64,000 bases of DNA, taken from the NCBI GenBank assembly GCA_038496445.1, contig JALMLS010000213.1:124001-188000 (forward strand). The letters are read 5' to 3'. Below, in pieces: positions 56,305 through 64,000 of this stretch (positions within the stretch are counted from its first letter, which is position 1; each line of letters begins with the position of its first letter). The notes under the pieces are model-generated. The model saw only the letters and a list, made by a program, of their open reading frames with translations. It was not told the DNA's origin and did no database searches. The position numbers and the translations under genes were made by a program. The stretch comes from Trichosphaerium sp. ATCC 40318 (lineage: Eukaryota > Protista > Tubulinea).

Positions 56305-57395
56305 AGGGCCTGCGTTGCTTGCGTGTTATTCAGCTGGAGCGCGCTATGACACCAATAACAAAGAAAAAAAGGTAAGGAGCGCCTAAGGCGTTAAGGCAAT
56401 TAAAACGCATTGCTACACTTCTTCAACTCTAACGGCTATACTGCTAGAAAAGTTTTTTTGTGCAGCATTTGGCTCTAATTGAACTTGTGCTGTATTTATA
56501 TCTTCCCCTGCGATTTGGTGTCTCTTCATCCAACAACTGTGTCGCAAGGCAAACGAATAAAAATGTTGCCAATGCTGTTAGGCTACACTGAAGCCTAGAG
56601 ATAGGATTGGTACTAGTCTAAGATAACGTATATTTCACACTCGCAGATGATGCTCAAAGTTGGTTTACACAAGAATCTAGTGGACAAATTAGTGTATCTT
56701 CTTGTTAGCCTGTAACTAATTAATGAAGCGTTACTGACTTAGAATATGTTGAACAAAGGCCACGGCACTAGCCTGAAACTACAATCACAAGCACAATTAA
56801 ACTGCATACCTGCTATTGTTTGTTATTATGAGGTATTTATAGATATTGTTTTGGAACGAAATATCAACGACAACACGTGGTTGCTTAAAAAAAACCTTTT
56901 CGTTTTTTAATTTTAATTTTAATTTCGTTCACTAATTTAAACTCGGCACAGTTTTGTAAGTAGCAATTATAACGTACCAAACAAGAATAATCCCATAACA
57001 GGAATAACCTTTTAGAAGTTTTGACAAAAAAAATACGACAAGGGTCACCGAAGAAACTTCACATTCGTTTAACGCGTTAGGAATAAAAAAGGACGAGCGC
57101 AGGTAGCGTGCAAAACTACTAAAAACTTCCCAAGACGCACAAAAATCTTACACCAAAATATCTGGGAGATACGAACTACTGTAGCGCTAGGCATTGCGTA
57201 AACAATGTGTTACAGTTTTTTAAACACACAAATATTATTTGACAACCGTGCGGTTATTTGACAAAAACGCGGCTCTTGATCATTGTAAATCTATCACGTG
57301 ATGCCGTAGTACTAAAATCTGAAACTTCAGCTTTTTCGTTGTTGCGAGGTTTGTGAATTAATCAGCACTTCCCTAGTGGCAATTTCTTAGTGGCA

Positions 57396-58230
57396 ATGTC
57401 TTTTAAACAACACTTCAGGTTAAAACGTAAGTTACAATAATAACATCTACTTCTGACTGTCGTAGGCTTTTTTAAGAGGAGTAAACGCTCTAAATCGGAG
57501 GGTTACCTGGCGGGTATAGAGCGCACGTCTCTTATAAATCCTACAGCTCCAGCGTTAGGGACTTTTGATGAGTACGTTAAAAGTTCCTTGTTTTTTACGA
57601 TACCCGTGTACCAACGACTTTGTTTAGTAGCCTCTCGGTGACAACAGATGATTCTGAAAGTCTAAGCGCTATTGAGAAGCTTGGGAGCGAGTACTGTTGG
57701 GAAGATCTGTGGGAGGATCCCAATTTATTTGCAAAATTTCGCTTTTATGTTTACGCCAAGCAAGCAAATGAAAACCTCTCCTTCTTGACTGCAGTAGGTG
57801 AGTCATACACTTTGTTGCACATTCCGAGCTGTGACTTTATCTAACAAGTTATTTATAGAACTGTACAGGAGCACTAGTAAAGCCAAGGAAAGGCGAGAGT
57901 TGGGTGAGAAAATCTTCAGGGATTGGGTGAACCTTGACACAGCAAGAGAGCCTGTCAACATTTCCCATCAACAACGATTGGTACGTACATTATATCACGT
58001 GATATGTCACGTGCTTACCCCGGTTATAGAGCATTGAGAGTAACTACACTATCGGCAATCGGGCTTTGTTTGAAGAAGCAAGAGAAGATATTATAAGGAT
58101 GCTCAAGTATGACTTGTTCTTGGAGTTCTTGTACGGTGGCGAGAAACTGAGGAAATCAAAAACAGCCAAATATAAAAAACTGACGCTTGAACGCTACCGC
58201 ATACTGAATGGAAGGCGAGTGAGTGTGTGA
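57396..58230 (+). CDS. Small RGS-domain protein
   Basis: FRFYVYAKQANENLSFLTAVELYR...IFRDWV...EPVNIS...LFEEAREDIIRMLKYDLFLEFL. Confidence 0.85.
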
Positions 58231-58464
58231 ATAAAGACAAAGACGAAGCAAAGGGTGTAAAAGTATTGTAAAAGTAGTAAACCACAAACGGCCCTTAGAA
58301 GGGCTAATGTACATTATTTAGCTTGTTCGGGTTACTTGTGTAGCATCAAGTGTGCTTGTTTGTCAAATAAAGCGCTTACGAAACCGAAAACTGCTTTACG
58401 ACTAAAGTTGACAGCATTATTGTTCAATTTCGAAACGCGTTAATGGCGTAGAAGGTTAGAGCGT

Positions 58465-61400
58465 ATGGATTCATCAGAGGAGCTTGAAGAATATACTCTA
58501 GACGAGTTAGAAGCAATAGCAAAATGCCAAGCTGTAAGTCGCGGGTTCTTGGCAAGAAAGAGATACAAACGCAGGGGCAAGTGCTTAAAAATAAGAACCT
58601 AGAAATAGTCATATTCCTTTATTTCGAACTCCAACCCTCTATTTACGCGGTTGTATAGTTAAACAAGCTGAACGGCGTACAAACATTGCTCGTGAGGTTT
58701 ACGAAACGGAGAGGTCTTACGTCAAATCATTAAGTAAAGTAATAGAGGTATGTAAAACGGCGCTGAGGTGTACGTTAGTTGTAGTATTTACTTTTTTAGC
58801 AATACATGGCTCCTTTACAAACGAGTCATCAACACTTGCTTACCAGGGATCAATTCAAGGCTATATTCAGCGAGATACAGGTTATTCACGCTTATTCGGC
58901 AAGGTACACAAAAATCTCCAAAGTAATAACGCTTATGACAGCCTCCACGCTTTGAAAACCACCTATAAACCATTTTTGGCATATAAAACGATTTCGACGT
59001 CTTTGTTAGCGAAATACGGACATTACTTTTTTAACTCATTTCTGTCAGGTTTGAAGAGCAGCTGGCTGAAAGAATAAAGGATTGGGGACCTCATCAAGTG
59101 TTGGGTGACTGCTTTCTTAAAACGGCACGGAGATAGAAAACAATAGAATGACGTTATCTGATTTTATCTATCCTCTAGATGGCTTTTTTGAAGGTTTATG
59201 GTCAGTATTGTAATAAATATGATACTTGTATGGTTATTCTTGCTGAAACAAAAGCCAATAACAGAGATTTTGCTACTTGGTTAAAGGTACGCATGCACTG
59301 ATTTTTTTGATTTTTTTCAATTTGAAATTATTATTTTTGGAAGTTTGCTTTTTTTGAAAGTTCGCTGAAGCGCCAATTAATGTGTTAATAGGAACAAGAG
59401 AATATCACTGGTGTTGCTATACCATTAGAAACCTATTTGATTCAACCAGTTCAACGTGTACCTCGCTATGCGTTACTCCTTGAGGTAACAAATGCGAAGT
59501 TTATTCTTTTTTTTTTTTTGAGTAAAGGAAAAATAATGTTTTTTATCTGAATTTTTTGTTCTGTAGCAACTACTTAAAAACACTTGGGAGGATCATGGTG
59601 ACAGAGAATCTATTAATTTATCGTGTGTCAAAGTAAGGACACTTGCGAAGGAAATCAATGAAAAGAAGAGAGCAAACGAGAACTTAGCTAAACGAGGTAC
59701 CTTATTATTTATTTTTTTTTGGTTTCCTTATGACACCATCTGACGTTCTACTCTAGCACAAATTTACAACGACCTCATTGGTATAGATGTATGTTTTTTT
59801 TAATTATCTTTTGATTGGTTTTGTTGTGTGCTTATAGTTTGCTATAGAATAAGGATAAACAGGATCTTTTAATGAATCGTAAAGAACCTCGTTGGTTCTA
59901 TGGTGAAGGACGTGTTACACGTTATGTGAAAGGGGCAACAACGAAATTCACTCTTTTTGTACTTTCTGGAGTTCTTGTTTGGACTAAAAAAAAGAAACAA
60001 GAGGGGGATGTTGTTTATGAGTTTAAAGATCGTACAGACTTGGTACGAGATGATGATTTGGAGTTTAAAATATTAGAACTATATGGTAAGTGGTTATTGA
60101 TAAGAGTTGTACACGTCAGGCGTGTCCAGGTATTTTACGACTTCATGTTTGACACATTTGTTTATAGATCACCGTAAAGTTGTTCATATTGCGTCTTCTA
60201 AGGAAGAAGTTGCTATGTTTCGTAGTGAATCAGAGGAAGAAACTCAAGAGTGGTTTAAATTTGTACAAGCAGCATACAGTGGTCAAAGTACGTGTAACAC
60301 AAAAAACCCCCAAGTTGCTGGCATTTTGTTGCCATCCAGTTTTTGTCCATTCTATTTTTTTGTTAACAGTTTTTAGTTATCTCTGATGACGATGATGATA
60401 GCTCATCAAATGAAAGTGCTAAAAAGAAAGTAATGGAGAGCCGTGCAAAGAAGATTATTGCTGATGCTCAAGTTTGGAAACCTTTAAAGAGACCACCATC
60501 AATGTCATTAAATGAGATGCGTGCTTTAAAGAAAGAAGAAGAGCGTCTCTCAGCGTTACAACTTCAAGATGAAACAAGGAAGATATCTGCTATTATTAAA
60601 GTAGAAAAGTTAATGAAGCAGTGGGAGGATACAGACCAGTCTAATGATTTGACGACATACAAACCTGCAGGGTACGTTTTTTTGGATTTTTTTGAGGTCA
60701 AACATAAAATTCTTAAGCTCACTACTTCTTACTCAGCTCTCCTGATAAGTTTTGGAATACGTACCCAGATAAAGCATTCAAGCATATACAAGAATTAACA
60801 CAACTATTGGCTAATTCTAATCTCTCATGGGATACTCATGAGTCTGTTGTTATTGGGACACAAGGGAGTGGTCAGCAACAAGTTATTGAGATGATACTTG
60901 GACATACTTTCTCCTCTTATCGTATCCTTTCTTTTTCTTATTTTTTCGAACTTTGATGTGTACTATATGCTTAGTTTGTCATTGACAGTTCTTTTATTTT
61001 TCTTTGACCTCTTAGCCGCACTCAGACGTCCATTGTATTTACATTTAATTCCAAATTCTCTTTATTCTGAACCTAAGATTACTATGCTTCGTGATACTCT
61101 TGAACAAAAAGTAGAAGGTGCAGAGTCTTCTAGAAACCTTGATTTAAAGGCTACAGATGTATCCAAGTACTTAAAGTGCGTTAAAGACGAGCTCCTTTTT
61201 CATTTTAGTTTCAACTTATAACTTATTATATTTCAATAGAAATCGCAATAGGCGGTATAGTTCTGAACCTGTACATATCCTCTACGAACTAAAGAATGTA
61301 TTTCCTGCTACAATTATTGATACACCGCCTCTAGAGGATTTTTTTCTAACAGATGGTGGTATTACTAGTAACGAAGTTACAAAGGTAAACAAACCATTCT

Positions 61401-64000
61401 TATTGACCAAATATTATTTTTTCCCCTCCTATGTATTTCAGGACTTCAAAGAAAGCCAGTTAGACTCAAGTGTTATTCTTTGTTATATTTCGCTAACGGC
61501 TTGTTTAAGGATAAATCTAGATTGTTGTTATACTTTGAATCAAAGAAGGAGCCTTCGTTATTATCAATGAACAGTGTTATTGGAAAGATGGATCCTAACT
61601 CTACACGCTCAATCTGGATACAAACACAACTGGATTACGTCCTTTCAAACATAACGTATGTCCTGTTACTAAAACATAACTAATAATCAAAAAAGGGATA
61701 AATCCACAGTAGACAGATACTTTAAACGTGCTGTACCAGCACTTAAAGAAGTAAGATAGAATGTGCTAGTTTTTTATTGATGTCTTAATAGTTTTACGTC
61801 ACTCCTCTTAGTGGCGCTACAAGGATGAGAGGTCGTGTATCTACTACTGATTATAGAAGAGTATCATTACAAGCATATTTAAGAGACTTGAACTCTATTA
61901 ATGCCTTGGAAGCACAAAAACACATTTTTGATGAAAGGTAAAATAATGTCTACTTTGAAATCATCTTATTTGCTTATTAGTTGCGCTCCATATGTTGGTG
62001 TACCTAATTTTAGACGTTATTACTTCCGTCTGCTATTCCGACACTATGTGTCTCAACTTGAGCGAAAACAATCTGAACTAGAAGCTATTGCGTTGAAGCA
62101 CAAAACACTTGTTTCTGACATTGACTCTTTTTTGGCACAACTTAATGTATCTGTCCTTCGTCGGCATACAATTTGTTTTTGCACTTCTTATCTGGATATT
62201 TTCCGTCAACTCTTGACTGGTAGTGCATCTATAGATGTAAATCTATACGGTCAAACAATAGAAGAAGAAAAAGCAGCTTCAAGTATGTTTTTGTTTTTTT
62301 TCACAACATTTTAGTTAATTTATGTCTTATCCTTGTCCTTTAGACTATCGTGGTTGGGTCAATTCCATGAATGAACCTATAAATCCTCGGCGTGCTAGAG
62401 GAAAAGCAATTCCAATGCAAGACGTTCGAGTCTATGGTAACTTATTTCAGATCTTTCTGGTAATTGTTATCTTACTATTTTTTAAATAGGTTCAGCACAA
62501 GTGTTCCGTCTCTTAGAGGTATTTAGTTCAGTAGTAGAAGGCGTAGAACTGCGTCGTCTTACATCTACAGATTACGTTTCTTTGGTTGGTATAAACAAAC
62601 CAACCTTTGAAGGTTTGATAGACGCTGTAAGTGAAATCAATGCAAATAATTTTTTTCTTATATCTTCTGTTTAGGCTCTTTGTTGGGTAGAAACCCAGTC
62701 AATGCAATTACTTGCCCCTTTAGCTGGACAATTACTTGATAGAATAGTAGAGATGATTACAAGGCTATTAAATATAACAGAGGGCGAGTTGAGTATGAGA
62801 TATAAGAGGGATACAACGTCTAGTACTTTTAGCTTTAATCAAGCTGATGTTCTAGTACATGCACCTTCTCTCACTGGCGATATTAGTCTCTTAATTAGGA
62901 GTACTCTAGATGTACGTTCGCATACTCATAACTTATGTCAACATCCACAAGAGCTTGTCACAAGAGCGGTGATATGCGTGATAAACAACACTTTGTACAT
63001 TCTATTACTATTTTGTTAACCTAATTGTTTAGGCACTTAAAATGGAATGCTCTGTTCGTTGCAGTAGGGCTTTACAAGAGTTTTCTACTATTGATCCTGA
63101 GTGGATTCAGGTTGATGAAGCATTGTACGTTCAAGTTGTTATTTCTTTTTTTTTTAATTACTAATGTTCGACAGAGAACGTATGAGCTTTGTTAGTAAAG
63201 AAGGCGCTCTTCAGAGGCTTGCATCAAATATTTTTATGCAAATTAAAAAACACTACATACAACAAATCACATTGAGTATTTATGAAATATTTATTGAAAG
63301 AGGGTACGTGATGAAACTGACCAAGCTAAATCATTTCGGTTTTTGTTCTTTTTTTTTTTGGAATTATGCTTTGCTTGTCTTTTTACGACCTTCATTTTTA
63401 TACTCTGGTAAAATAGAGTTATTTTGAGGGTCACGTGATGTAAACCAAATTATATTTTTAGCGAGCTTGTACTTCCCTTGAGTAAGAGTTTAAAACTGAC
63501 TTTATTTTTTTAGGTGTGAACGTATTTCAAGGGCAGTTATTACTGCTGTTTCTGGATTCCCTGATAGACAATTACTCAACCTATTCCAAGGTGAAAGACT
63601 AAAAATGAAGTTGAAACAAAGGCGTCAAGTAGAACACGAGGCGTTCAAGACATCAACTGCTACTGCTGCTCAGTTTAAAGACTGTTCGAAGAAATTTGCA
63701 AACTGTCATATGTCACCTTTGTGTATTAATAGAAACACGATTATTGAGAGAAATATGAATGCTCCAAACCTGGAAGCATTAGTTCCTCGTATGGCAACTA
63801 ATCACCGACGTCTCAGCTCAGGTTTTCCAGGTGGTAAACGTACGTTAAAAGAGAGAAAAACAATTTTTTTTTTGTTCTCTTTTTGCAGCACGTGTGGTTA
63901 TTGGATTCGACTGATTTTTCTTTTTTACATTAGGTGCACATAGTAGAGTCCGTTCTGCAGCTTTTAAGTCTCGTGATCAGAGATCTTTTACTATTACAGC
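58465..64000 (+). CDS. IQ-RhoGEF(DH)-PH protein fused to a degenerate DRP5/Dlp-type dynamin domain; runs off the window
   Basis: IQ CQAVSRGFLARKRY; DH EVYETERSYVKSL...LIQPVQRVPRYALLL; PH EEETQEWFKFV; dynamin-like VVIGTQGSGQQ, LRRPL, IIDTPP, GQTIEEEK, VYGSAQVFRLL. Confidence 0.85.
60922..61015 (+). other. U12-type GT-AG intron
   Basis: Perfect donor GTATCCTTT; TTCTTTGAC at 61000-61008 just before TAG; restores SSY-P-ALRRPL. Confidence 0.8.

Noticed and set aside
61159-61166. GTATCCAA as another U12 donor
   Set aside because: It is coding (DVSKYLK); the frame-restoring donor is the GTGCGT just downstream

Overview
AT-rich (roughly 35% GC), gene-dense eukaryotic nuclear DNA using the standard genetic code, with many short spliceosomal introns (typical donor GTACGT/GTAAGT). 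The gene content (RasGAP, RGS, SH2, Zn2Cys6, Dlp/DRP5-type dynamin, Cdc123/R2K ATP-grasp, NDR kinase) suggests a free-living amoeba-like protist, probably an amoebozoan; this is inference. I reconstructed about 28 genes by hand-splicing exons. Boundaries are approximate where stated. No rRNA, tRNA, CRISPR or clear transposon was found. The two most unusual items are (1) a DENR/Tma22-type N-terminal zinc domain spliced in frame to a complete Rnl2-family RNA ligase, a candidate ribosome-targeted RNA repair enzyme, and (2) an IQ-RhoGEF(DH)-PH protein fused in frame to a DRP5/Dlp-type dynamin whose GTPase motifs are all degenerate. Other notable features: three U12-type (minor spliceosome) introns, at least five GC-AG introns, one apparent GT-AT intron, strong enrichment of the CACGTG palindrome, five F-box-like genes with varied partner domains, and decayed HEPN-like and Cys-rich gene relics.
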